DNA from: the human T2T-CHM13v2.0 reference genome, Homo sapiens
Direction: 5' to 3'
Assembly: GCA_009914755.4 (NCBI GenBank)
Contig: CP068257.2
Coordinates: forward strand, 21,312,001-21,376,000
DNA: 64,000 bases
The translations under genes and the position numbers were made by a program. How positions within the stretch are numbered: position 1 is the stretch's first letter; every line of letters starts with the position of its first letter. Below are positions 29,401-40,404 of the stretch, one piece after another. The notes beneath the pieces are model-generated. The model did not search any database. It was not told where the DNA came from and saw only the letters and a program-made list of their open reading frames with translations.

Positions 29401-31831
29401 TATATCAGGGGACAAAAGAAAAAAGAATACAAAACATAAAGCATGCCTACAGGATCTAGAAAATAGCAACAAAGAGGCAAATCTAAGAGTTGTTGGCATT
29501 AAAGGAGGAGGCAGACAAAGATAATAGGAATAGAAAGTGTATTCAAAGGAATAAAAATGGAGAACTTGCCAAACGTAGAGAAAGATATCAATATCAAAGT
29601 ACAGGATGATTATAGAACACCAAGCAGACTTAATCCAAAGAGGATTCCCTGAAGGCATTTAATAATCAGAATACAAGAGGTCAAAGATAAAGAAAGAATT
29701 CTAAAAGCAGCAAGAGAAAAGAAACAAATAAGATACAATAGAGCTTCAATACATCCCGAAGCCAACTTTTTAGTGGAAACCTTACAGTCCAGAAGAGACT
29801 GGCATGATATATTGGAAGTGCCGAGGGGAAAACACAAACACATAAACAAACAAACAAAAAAAACCTTTACCCTGTAGTCCTATTAGAATAATATTATATG
29901 TTGAAAATATCCTTCAACATGAAGGTTTATCATATTGCCTACAAATGTCACTTAGAGAATGAAGAATCATTTTAATATTGAAATAAAACATAATAAACAT
30001 TTAAAAAAGACTTTCTGGGACAAATAAAAGCTGAAGGATTTCATCAATATCAGACCTTTTTCTACAGGAAATGCTAAAGGGAGTGATTCAATCAGGAAGA
30101 AGAGGATATTAATGAGCAATGTATAGTCACCAGAAGGTACAAAACTCACTGGTAATAGTAAATACACAGAAATCATAGATGACACAAACCAATTAAACAC
30201 ATCTCATGCTCATGGATGGGTAGAATTAAGAGTGTGAAAATGACCATACTGTCAAAATAAATCTATAAATTCAATGCAATTCCCATCAAAATACCACCAA
30301 CATCCTTCACAGAACTAGGAAAAACAATCCTAAAATTCATATAGAACAAAAAAAGAGCCCACATAGCCAAAGCAAGACTGAGCAAAAAGAATAAATCTGG
30401 AGGCATCACATTACCTAATTTCAAACTAGACTATAAGGCGATAGCCACCAAAACAGCATGGCACTGGTATAAAAATAGGCACATAGAACAATGGAACAAA
30501 ATAGAGAACCCAGAAATAAACCCAAATACTTAACAGCCAACTGATCTTTGGCAGACCAAACAAAAATATAAAATGGGAAAAGGATACCCTTTACAACAAA
30601 TGATGCTGGAATAATTGGCTAGCCACATGTAGTTGAATGAAACTGGATCCTCATCTCTCACCTTATACAACAATCAACTCAAGATTGATTAAGGACTTAA
30701 ATCTAAGACCTGAAACCATAAAAATTATAGAAGACAACATTGAAAGACTCTTCTAGGTATTGTCTTAGGCAAGGATTTCATGACCAAAAACCCAAAGGCA
30801 AATGCAATAAAAACAAAGATAAATAGCTGGTATTTAAATAAACTAATGAGCTTTTGCACAGCAAAAGGAACAGTCAGCAGAGTAAACAGACAACCCGCAG
30901 AGTGGGAGAAAACTTCACAATCTATACATCTGACAAAAGACTAATACCCAGAATCTACAATGAACTCAAATAAATCAGCAAGAAAAAAACAAAATAGTCC
31001 ATCAAAAAGTGGGCTAAGGACATGAATAGACGATTCTCAAAAGAAGATATACAAATAGCCAACAAACATATGAAGAAATGCTCAACATCACCAATGATCA
31101 GGGAAATGCAAATCAAAACCACAATGCGATACTACCTTACACCTGCAAGAATGGCCATAATCGAAAAATCAACAAACAGTAGATGTTGGCGTGAATGCGG
31201 TGATCAGGGAACACTGCTGGTGGAAATGTAAACTAGCACAGCCACTATGGAAAACAGCGTGAAGACTCCTTAAAGAGCTAAAAGTAAAATTATCATTTGA
31301 TCCAGCAATCCCACCACCGGGTATGTACCCAGAGGGAAGGAAGTCATTATATGAAAAAGATGCTTTCACACGCATGTTTATAGCAGCACAATTCACAATT
31401 TAAAAATTGTGGAGCCAACCCAAATGTCCATCAATCAATCAGTGAATAAAGAAACTGTGATATATATATGACAGAATACTACTCTGCCATAAAAATGAAT
31501 GAATTAATGGCATCTGCAGCAACCTGGATAAGATTGGAGACTATTATTCCAAGTAAAGTAACTCAGGAGTGGAAAACCAAACATCGTATGTTCTTACTGA
31601 TATGTAGGAGCTAAGCTATGAGGATGCAAAGGCATAAGAATGATATAATGGGCTTTGGTGACTTTGAGGGAAGAGTGGGAGAGGAGTAAAGGATAAAAGA
31701 CTACAAATAGGGTGCAGTGTATACTGCTCAGGTGATGGGTGCACCAAAACCTCACAAATCACCACTAAAGAACTTACTCATGTAACCAAACACCACCTGT
31801 ATCTTAATAACCTATCAAAATATAAAAAAAA
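26475..31831 (+). mobile_element. Old LINE-1 (L1MA-like): long 5'UTR, ORF1, internal deletion of most of ORF2, then ORF2 C-terminus, 3'UTR and poly(A). Interrupted by a THE1-type LTR at 29063-29407.
   Basis: Starts ggtggagcaagatggcagaat (L1 5' start motif). ORF1 coiled-coil region around 28880-29060 (TEKEFRILSDKFNKK...LKNAISTLKNDIRV). ORF1 continues after the LTR: KKQIRYNRASIHPEANFLVETLQSRRDWHDI. ORF2 C-terminus at 30190-31600 ([44 protein letters not shown]). 3' end ...caccactaaagaacttactcatgtaaccaaacaccacctgtatcttaataacctatcaaaatataaaaaaaa. Confidence 0.8.
29063..29407 (-). mobile_element. THE1-type (MaLR) solo LTR inserted into ORF1 of the old L1
   Basis: tgtgttagtccatttttacactgctacaaagaaatatctgagactaagtaatttatt...gactcacagttccacatggctggggaggcctcaggaaacttgcaatcatg...ataaaaccatcagatctcatgagaac...ggattacaattcaagatgagatctggtgggaacacaaagcctaactatatca is the reverse complement of a THE1/MST LTR running from TGATAT... 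to ...ACA. Confidence 0.85.
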
Positions 31832-34722
31832 TTCAGATTTATCACATTGCCTACAAATGTCATTTAGAAAATGGAGAAACATTTTAATATTAAAATAAAA
31901 CATAACAATTAAAACAAAGACTTCCTCGGACAAATAAAAGCTGAAGGATTTCATCAATACCAGGCCTTTCCTACAAAAAAAATGCTAAAGAGAGTAATTG
32001 AAACAGAAAGAAAATGACATTAGTGAGCAATATATAATCACCAGAAGGTATAAAACTCACTGGTAATGGTCAGTACAGAGAAACGCACAGAATAATATAA
32101 CACTGTAACTATGGTGTGTAAACTACTTTTATCCTAAGTAAAAAGACTACAAAATGAACTAAACAAAAATAATTAACAACTACAACTTTTCAAGACTGAC
32201 TATGTCTTTATGTCTTTTTGTACTGACTATAGTACAAAAAGATATAAAGAAAAAATGAAAAGCTAAAAAGCAGGCAGATGAAGTTAAGCACAGAGTTTTT
32301 ATTAGTTTTCCACAAGAAAACTGTAGGTGCATATAAACAAATTCAATGAAGTTGCAGGATAAAAACTCAGCATACAAAATTCAGTAGTATTTCTATATAC
32401 TAACAATGAACAATGTGAAAAGGAAGTAAAAATAATCCTATTTACAATAGCCACATATAAAGATAAATAGTTGGGAATGAACTTAACCAAAGAAGTGAAA
32501 GATCTCTATGATGAAAACTATAAAACCGTGATGAAAGAAATAGAAGACACCCACCCCCCCCAAAAAAAGGAAAAAGATTCCATGTTCATTGATTGGAAGA
32601 ATTATTAATAATACTGTTAAAATATTTATACTAAATAAAGTAATCTAGATTCAATGCAGTTCCTATCAAAATTCCAATGACATTCTTCAAAAATAAAATA
32701 AGAATCCTAAAGTGCATATGGAACCACAAAAGATCCAGAATAGCCAAAGCTTTCCGAAGCAAAAAGAACAAAACTGGAGGAATCACATTACCTAACTTCA
32801 AATTATACTATGGAACTATAGTAATTAAAAGAGCATGTATTGGCATAAAAACGGACACATAAAGGAAAGAGAATAGATAACCCAGAAAGAAACCTACACA
32901 CCTACAGTTAACTCATTTTTGACAAAGCTGCCAAGAACATACACTGGGAAAAAGATCAATAGATGGTGCTGGGAAAACTGGACATCCATATGCAGAAGAA
33001 GGAAACTAAACCCCTATCTCTCACCATATACAAAAATCAAATCAAGATGGGTGAAGACCTAAATCTCTGACCTAAACCTATGAAGCTACTACAGGAAAAT
33101 ATTAGGGATTATCTCCAGGATATTGGTCTGGACAAAAATGTTTTGAGCAATACCCCACAAGCACAGGCAACTAAAGAAAAATTTGACAAAGGGATCACAT
33201 AAGTTAAAAAGCTTCTGCATAGCAAAGGATACAACCAAGACAGTGAGGAGACAAGTCCCAGAATGGAAGAAAATATTTGCAAACTACCCATCTGACAAAG
33301 GATTAATAACCAGAATACTTCAGGATCTCAAACAAGGCTATAGAAAACATCAAATAATCCAATAAAAAATGGAGAAACAGTCTGAATAGACATTTCTCAA
33401 AAGAAGACATAGAAATGGCAAATGGGCTTAGGAAAAAGTGCTCAACATCACTGATCATCAGAAAAATGCAAATCAAAACTACTATGAGATATTATCCCAC
33501 CCTAGTTAAAAGGAATTATATCCAAAAGACAGTCAATAACACATCCTGCTGAGGATATGAAGGGAACCCCTGTACACTATTGATGGGAATATAAATTAGT
33601 ATGACCACTATGGAAAACAGTTTGGAGGTTCTTCAAAAAACTAAAAATAGAACTACCATATAATCTAGCACCCCCAAACTGCTGGGTATATACCCAAGAG
33701 AAAGGAAATCAGTATATCAAAGAGATGTCTGCACTCCCATGTTTGTTGCAGCACTATTTATAATAATAACTAAGATTTTAAATCAACCTTTGTGTCTGAT
33801 ATGGTTTGGCTGTGTCCCCTCCCAAATCTCATATTGAACTGTAACTCTCATAATTCCCACCTGTTGTGGGAGAGACCTGGTGGGAGATAATTGAATCATG
33901 GGGGCGCTTTCCCCCGTATACTGTTCTTATGGTAGTGAATAAGTCTCATGAGATCTGATGATTTTATAATAGGTTTCTCCTTTTGCTTGGCTCTCATTTC
34001 TCTCATGTCTGCTGCCATGTAAGACATGCCTTTCATCTTCCACCATAATTGTGAGGCCTCCCCAGCTACATGGCACTGTGGGTCCACTAAACCTCTTTTT
34101 CTTTATAAATTACCCAGTCTCTGGTATGTCTTTATCAGCAGCATGAAAAGAGTGTCTATCAACAGATACATGGATATGGAAAATGTGGTACATATACACA
34201 ATGGAGTACTACTCAGTCATAAAAAAGAATGTGATCCATTCATTTGCAACAACATGAATAGAACTGGAGATCACCATGTCAAGTGAAATAAACCAGGCAC
34301 AGAAAGAAAAACATCATGTGTTATCACTTATTTGTGGGATCTAAAAATCCAAACAATTGAACTCATGGACATAGAGAGTAGAAAGATGATTACCAGAGGC
34401 TCAAAATGGAAGGAGGGGGCAGGGAGGCAGTGGGGATGGTTAATGAGTACACAAATTAGTTAGAGAGAATGAATAAGACCTACTATTTGATAGCACAACA
34501 GGGTGACTATATTCAATAATAACAATTGTACATATTAAGATAACAAAGAGTGCAATTGGATTGTTTATAACTAAAAGTATAAATGCTTAAAGGGATAGAT
34601 ACCCCATTCTTCATTATGTGCTTATTTCATGTTCTGTTATCAGAATATCTCATGTACTCCATAATTATATACACCTACTATGTATGCACAAAAATTAAGA
34701 ATAAAAAATAAAATAAAATATT
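31832..34722 (+). mobile_element. Second old LINE-1 (L1M-type), 5'-truncated in the ORF1 C-terminus, with an internal ORF2 deletion and its own 3' end. Interrupted by a THE1-type LTR at 33797-34163.
   Basis: The first ~230 bp are ~85-90% identical to 29905-30130 of the upstream L1 (ttatcacattgcctacaaatgtcatttagaaaatggagaaacattttaatattaaaataaaacat...gacaaataaaagctgaaggatttcatcaata). ORF2 remnants: [69 protein letters not shown]. 3' end ggatagataccccattcttcattatgtgcttatttcatgttctgttatcagaatatctcatgtactccataattatatacacctactatgtatgcacaaaaattaagaataaaaaataaaataaaa. Confidence 0.75.
33797..34163 (+). mobile_element. THE1/MST-type (MaLR) solo LTR, plus strand, inserted into the ORF2 C-terminus of the second L1
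   Basis: tgatatggtttggctgtgtcccctcccaaatctcatattgaactgtaactctcataattcccacctgttgtgggagagacctggtgggagataattgaatcatggg...ctgctgccatgtaagacatgcc...gtgaggcctccccagctacatggcactgtgggtccactaaacctctttttctttataaattacccagtctctggtatgtctttatcagcagcatgaaaag. Confidence 0.85.
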
Positions 34723-35955
34723 TTATTAACATCTCATTATAAAATAATTTGAATGTTATTTATAAAAAGATAATGAGATATATTATAAAAACAATTCTTA
34801 AATGAAAAAACATTATTATATAACAGTATCAAAAAGCATTATTACAACAAAGGCATTATTACAATAACAATAAAATTGTCTAATATTAAACCAGAAGTGA
34901 ACAAGTGGTTTAAGTATTCTGCATTCATTGGTAATCAACAGACACCTCATGTGATGCTCATTATTAGAGGACTGACTTCTTATATGCCTCCAATATTCAT
35001 AGGTACCAAACCTACAATAATCATATAGAAGAGATACACTTGGAAAGTTATGTTATAAGGTAGAAAAATATCGAAAAGGAAAGTTTTGCCTCTTAATATT
35101 TTGCTGGTTAGAAAAACAAGAATCTCAGATGCAAGACTTATTTAATGAAGCTAATACATCTTTGCTGTGTATGGTATTATACAGAATGACAATAAAGTAA
35201 AATCTTCATTAGAAGATTATATGTATTTCTGTTTTGATTAAATCAATAATCCTTTAAAATATTTAAAATTACTTTCACTCAGTGTTATTATTTCCTATAG
35301 AATGTAATGAAAGCAATATTTTGTAAACTGTACTCATTAAAATCCTGTCTCTAATGTTCATTGCGTGAACTCACCATGTAGGTAAAGATAAACTCTAATG
35401 AGGTCCTTTGATGATTTCTGTAGCTAATCCCCTCTGGTACCACAGGATAAATTGGCCTTATGCAGAAATATTCTCTATATTATACTGTGGGTTTCACCAC
35501 ACACAGAAATCACATCAAATCAGAATAAAACATAAATGATTTACACCTCTAATAGTCTTTTACCTAATACAGGTCAACCTACATAGTTTTTTTTCAGATG
35601 TATCCTGAAACATGAATAAAAACTCATAGTGAATTAACACAGTCAAGTATGTACGTATTTCCCTAGTTTATTAAACACATTTTGAGGTCCTATTATGAAC
35701 TATGCAATAGTTGGGGTGCTGTGAACACACCAAAAACCAAAACAAAAACGTACGTCCCCTTTCTCATAACGTTTGTAGGTTTGAGAGGGAAGCAGACAAT
35801 TAAAAGACATTAACAATAAATATGCAATTATGAGATGTACAAATACTAAAAGGAAAAATCCAGATGGTTAAAATGTGGGAGGGGTAGAGGTAACATTTGT
35901 GAAAATATTTCTGATTAAAACAAGGAAGCAGGCATACAGATATCTGGTTTACCAG

Positions 35956-35968
35956 AAAAAAAAAAAAA
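35956..35968. repeat. Poly(A)13 tract
   Basis: ccagaaaaaaaaaaaaatg. Confidence 0.6.
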
Positions 35969-38509
35969 TGTGTTTTCCACACTCAAGTGTCTACAGGTCT
36001 CCTGGAGTTCAGCTGATCTAGTGTGAACTTGACTGGGCTCTTCTACTTCTGGATGAGGGCCAGATGCATTTGTTATTTGTCTATAAAACGAGTCAAGAGC
36101 TGCTCCATTTGTCCCTCTTTAGTTCTGCAGCTGAGGTGTGTTCTTTTTAGGGATAATAGTAGATGGAAAACCAGACCAAAAAAAAGCATATTTTGTGTCT
36201 CTATTTATGCCAAAAAGACTCATATTTCATTGCCAAAGCAAATTACGTAGCCAAGTCTAATATTAATATGGGAGACAAGTATTTTTAATCTACAATGGCA
36301 GAGCACACAGAGCTATGTTGCAAAGAGTATGGGCTTACTGTCCAAACAGAAAGAAATATTAGAATCAGCCATTCAGTATCCTGGTACAGAAGGTGGCTGG
36401 TCTTCTGTTCAGAGTAAAGACTATTTTTTTTTTGAGTGAGATGTGAAGCTATTGCAGAATTTTGGGCAAAGAGGGACATCATTTGATTTGAATGTTGAAA
36501 AAAATTACTTCAGTCTTTTTTTGCAAATATATTGTCATGCAGTAGGTGAAAAACTGGGATGCTTATATTAACCCAAGTGATAAGCAGACATATATAGGAC
36601 CAGGGAAGTAATAATACATATGCTTAAAGGTGAACTGAAAATGTATTTCTCTACTCTACTACATAGTCATCATACTATGGCGGCATAGACTTATGTAACC
36701 ACGATAGACGTTCCCAGTTTAAAATGAGAAAATCAGGAGGCACACCACAGTCATTGGTCAATAGTTATTTGAAAATTCATCGGGTTATTTATTAGATTAA
36801 GACTCAGTTATCCTCTGGGGCTTTTGAATCTGCCTACTAGATTTCTTGTTTCACCATCTAAATCATCCTTTTCTTTTCATCGGGGGTAGTATATATATAT
36901 TTCTCTGAGAAGATTTTTAGCCTTCTTTGTTTTGCTTGTAGAAGGTTGAAGGACAAAAATCTTTCTTTTTAACTATCCTTTTAAGTATAAGTTTATGAAC
37001 TCCGTTAAACAAAACTTTTAAAGCTTTGGAATATGTGTCAATTTATAAATTATTCCATAGACAAGAGTCACACCCACAATCTATTTGGTCTCCCTATGGT
37101 ACTGCTGTAGGGCAGTCCTTAAGATTCTTAGAAAACCATTTGTTTAATAGAGAAGACCTTTGAGGAATAACCTCATGCTCTCTGGAAGAATTTTTGTCTG
37201 TCTGAAAGGTTACATAAGACCTCATCTTAGATCTTTTCTAAGGTCTTGACATAAGATCTTGCAGTTCTACCTTGGATTGAATCTTTTCCTGGAAGCTATT
37301 TCTTAAATGAATGGTTTGCCATCTGGAGAGGTTGGCAAAAGATGCAGTTTTAATTTAAAACTTTGCAATCCTTGACTACTTAAATATTTAACCATCAATT
37401 CTTTAGCTCCTATCTCTTCTCTTTTATTTGATTTAAATGCAGAGAGAAAAGGCCAGGTGGCATCTTCAAAAATTTTGCCTGGAGATTTCCTTCACTAGAT
37501 CATTGAGTTCACTGAGGTGTTTACTTTTTTGCAAATTAACTCAGGCGAGAGTATTGTCAAATTTAGTGGTACTGTATGATGTGTCACCTCTCTTCTAGTT
37601 CCCACTGTCATTTCCCTTAATCTCCTTTAAGCTTTCACTGACAGATTTCTCCAGGCCTTGCAGGCTTCATTAAGACTATTCCTAGCTCCCTTTAGGCTGT
37701 CATTAACAGAAACCTTAAGGCTCAAAGAAATGTTGTATATTTTAGGTTTGGGTTATGGCAGATCCTACAAGCGGTTCCATTATCAGCTCCAATTATTTAC
37801 AAACGCATATTCAACTACTCCAAATGTTCAGTTTAAAACAATCATTTTATTATGCTTACAGGTACTCTGGGGCAGGAATTCAGAAGATAAGCAAAAAGAA
37901 TTTTCATCTGCTCATGAGAGCAGAAGCTTCACTGGAGAGGCTTCAATTTCTGTGCAAAGGAATCAAGTGGTGTCAAGTGGTGGCATGCTCACTCACACAT
38001 CTGTTGGCAGATGCTGGCAGAAGGCAAGATTTCTATTGGCTTTGTCCTCCAGAGCAGTACTTCACATATCCTGTCCTTCCTCGGAGCATAGAAACCTTGG
38101 ACTTCTTACATTAATATTCATGGCTTCAAAGATCTCAACTCTTCCTTAAATGAACGAGCCTCAGATGTCATATCACGTGATATCTGCCAAAATTAAAAGT
38201 CTACCACCCAGCTCCAAATGAAGAAATGCAGACACTCATATTTTAGTTAGAATAACTTCAAAGTTACATTGTAAGAATAGCATGTGGGTTGGAGATATTA
38301 TTTGTAGTCATCTATGGAGCATACAATCCGCTACTTCTATGCAGCTCAAACCTATGATTTCCTATAAAGCCTACATCATCCAAGCAAAAGGGCAGCAGAA
38401 ATTATTGTCCACTAAATATCTGTTTTAGTGAGAATGTTTTCCTTTTTTCGAAGTGTTAATTTTGTTGTTAACTGTAATTGATTTGATGTTACAAAAGTAT
38501 AAAGCGTAT

Positions 38510-39810
38510 TCCACATAGAATAACAAACACGAGAGGGGAAAATGGCAGAGAGGAGGCAGAACTAACTTGCAGCTCACAAATGGAAAGACAGAGCAGCATG
38601 TGGAGACCCACCTCATGAACTTTTGCTCCAAGAACTACCGCAGGAACATACCAGGAAAGCCGAGAGAATGCACAGACCCTTGAAGGAGGTGGATTACCGC
38701 TGCAGGGTCCATGGAACAGCTGAGGAACTGTGAGTCGGCTTGCTTTCTCAGCTGGGAGGCTTGAAGCCTGGGGCAATTTCTCAGCCCTGCTCACCAGCTG
38801 CTTGGAAATAAACTTGGTGCTGTTAGGGGGATATGGTGTGGGAGTAAGGCTGGCCTTTTGGGCTGCAAGCTCTTTTAGGAGCTGGTGAGGCCTGCGGCAG
38901 CTGGCGTTCCCCCACTTCCCTGGAAACCCGGGTGATGCAGCAGAGGCAGTCGCAATCCCCCAGGGAACATAACTCCATTGGCCTGAAAAACCACACCCCC
39001 CATCCCGCAAGGCAGCCACAGCAAGCCCCACCCACGGGCAGTCTGAGCTCAGACATGCCTAACCCTGCCCCCACCTGATGGTCTTTCTCTACCCACCCTG
39101 GTAGCTGAAGAAAAGGGACATAATCCCTCTATGGCCCTGCCCACTTCATGAGAAACCTGAATACTTATCCAAACGTGACCCTAGGACAAGCTCGTACCCT
39201 CCCTACTTAAGTACAGCTGATACACTCTTGAAAGCGCCACCTCCTGGCTGGAGGCCAACCAACATAAAACCAGCGCACTCAACAAAAATACAACCAAGAA
39301 CCCTCACAGAGTCCACTTCACTCCTCTGCTGCCTCCACCAGAGCAGGTGCTGGTATCCACGGCTGAAAGACCTGAAGATGGATCACATCACAGGACTGTT
39401 TGTAGACACTTTCCAGTATCATCCTGGAGCCTGATAGCCCCTGCTGGATGGCTAGATCCAAAATACAAATAACGATCACTGAAGTCTGGCTCTCAGGAAG
39501 CCCCATCCATAGGGGAAATGGGAGAGCACCACATCAAGGGAGCACCCCATGGGACAAAATAATCGAACAGCAGCTCTCGAGTCCCAGAATTTCCTTCTGG
39601 CATAGTCTACCCAAATGAGAAGGAACAGAAAAACAATTCTGGCAATCTGACAAAACAAGGTTCTTTAACACCCCTAAAAGATCCCACTAGCTCACCATCA
39701 ATAGATCCAAACCAAGATGAAATCTCTGAATTGTCAGAAAAAGAATTCAGAAGGTGGACTATTATGCCAATCACAGAGTCACCATGCTATATACAAAATC
39801 CTTGGCTGAT
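38510..39810 (+). mobile_element. Old LINE-1 (L1PB-like) 5'UTR plus the first ~25 codons of ORF1: direct segment 1 of a rearranged element. The 5' boundary is uncertain.
   Basis: GC-richer, CpG-decayed UTR-like sequence ending in ...atagatccaaaccaagatgaaatctctgaattgtcagaaaaagaattcagaagg = NQDEISELSEKEFRR, the characteristic N-terminus of older primate L1 ORF1. Confidence 0.65.
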
Positions 39811-40404
39811 AATTATTTTGTTTAAGGAGGCTAAAGTTAGGGCCCCAATCCCTCCTAGCTTGTAGGGCTTCTGCTGTTAGTCTGATAGGTTTTCCTTTAT
39901 AGGTTACCTGATGCTTTTGCCTCAAAGCTCTTAAGATTATTTTCTTCGGCTTGACTTTGGATAACCCGACGATTATGTGCCTAGGTGATGATCTTTTTAT
40001 GGTGAATTTACCAGATGTTCTTTGACCCTCTTGTTTTGAATGTTTAAGTCTCTAGCCAGGCCAGGAACATTTTCCTCAATCATACCATCAAATATGCTTT
40101 CCGAACTTTCGGATTTCTCTCTTTCCTCAGGAACACCAATTGTTTTTAGGTTTTGTCGTTTAACATAATCCCAAACTTCTTGGAGGCATTGTCTATTTTT
40201 TAAAATTCTTTTTTCTTTGTCTTCATTGGATTGGGTTAATTCCAAAGCCTTGTCTTTGAGCTTTGAAGTTCTTTCTTCTACTTGTTCTCTTCTATTGCTG
40301 AGACTTTCCAGTGCATTTTGCAATTCTCTGTGTCCTTTATTTTCAGAAGTTATGCTTGTTTTTTATTTATGCTATCTACTGGAGATTTTTCCATTAATAT
40401 CCTG
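39811..40404 (-). mobile_element. Inverted L1 ORF1 segment (about aa 30-270), minus orientation, lying between two plus-oriented parts of the same element
   Basis: Minus-strand ORF 39997-40323: MQNALESLSNRREQVEERTSKLKDKALELTQSNEDKEKRILKNRQCLQEVWDYVKRQNLKTIGVPEEREK... matches the ORF1 coiled-coil/RRM region. The reverse complement of 39811-40000 reads ...VTYKGKPIRLTAEALQARRDWGPNFSLLKQNN (ORF1 C-domain). Confidence 0.8.

Noticed and set aside
38489-39074. Minus-strand ORFs of 180 aa and 83 aa in a GC-richer stretch, and the possibility of a CpG island or promoter there
   Set aside because: The region is the 5'UTR of an old L1 (it runs into the ORF1 start NQDEISELSEKEFRR on the plus strand). 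The ORFs are antisense, Pro/Ala/Gly/Ser-rich and typical of GC-rich random frames. By eye CpGs are sparse, i.e. a decayed CpG island, not an active one.
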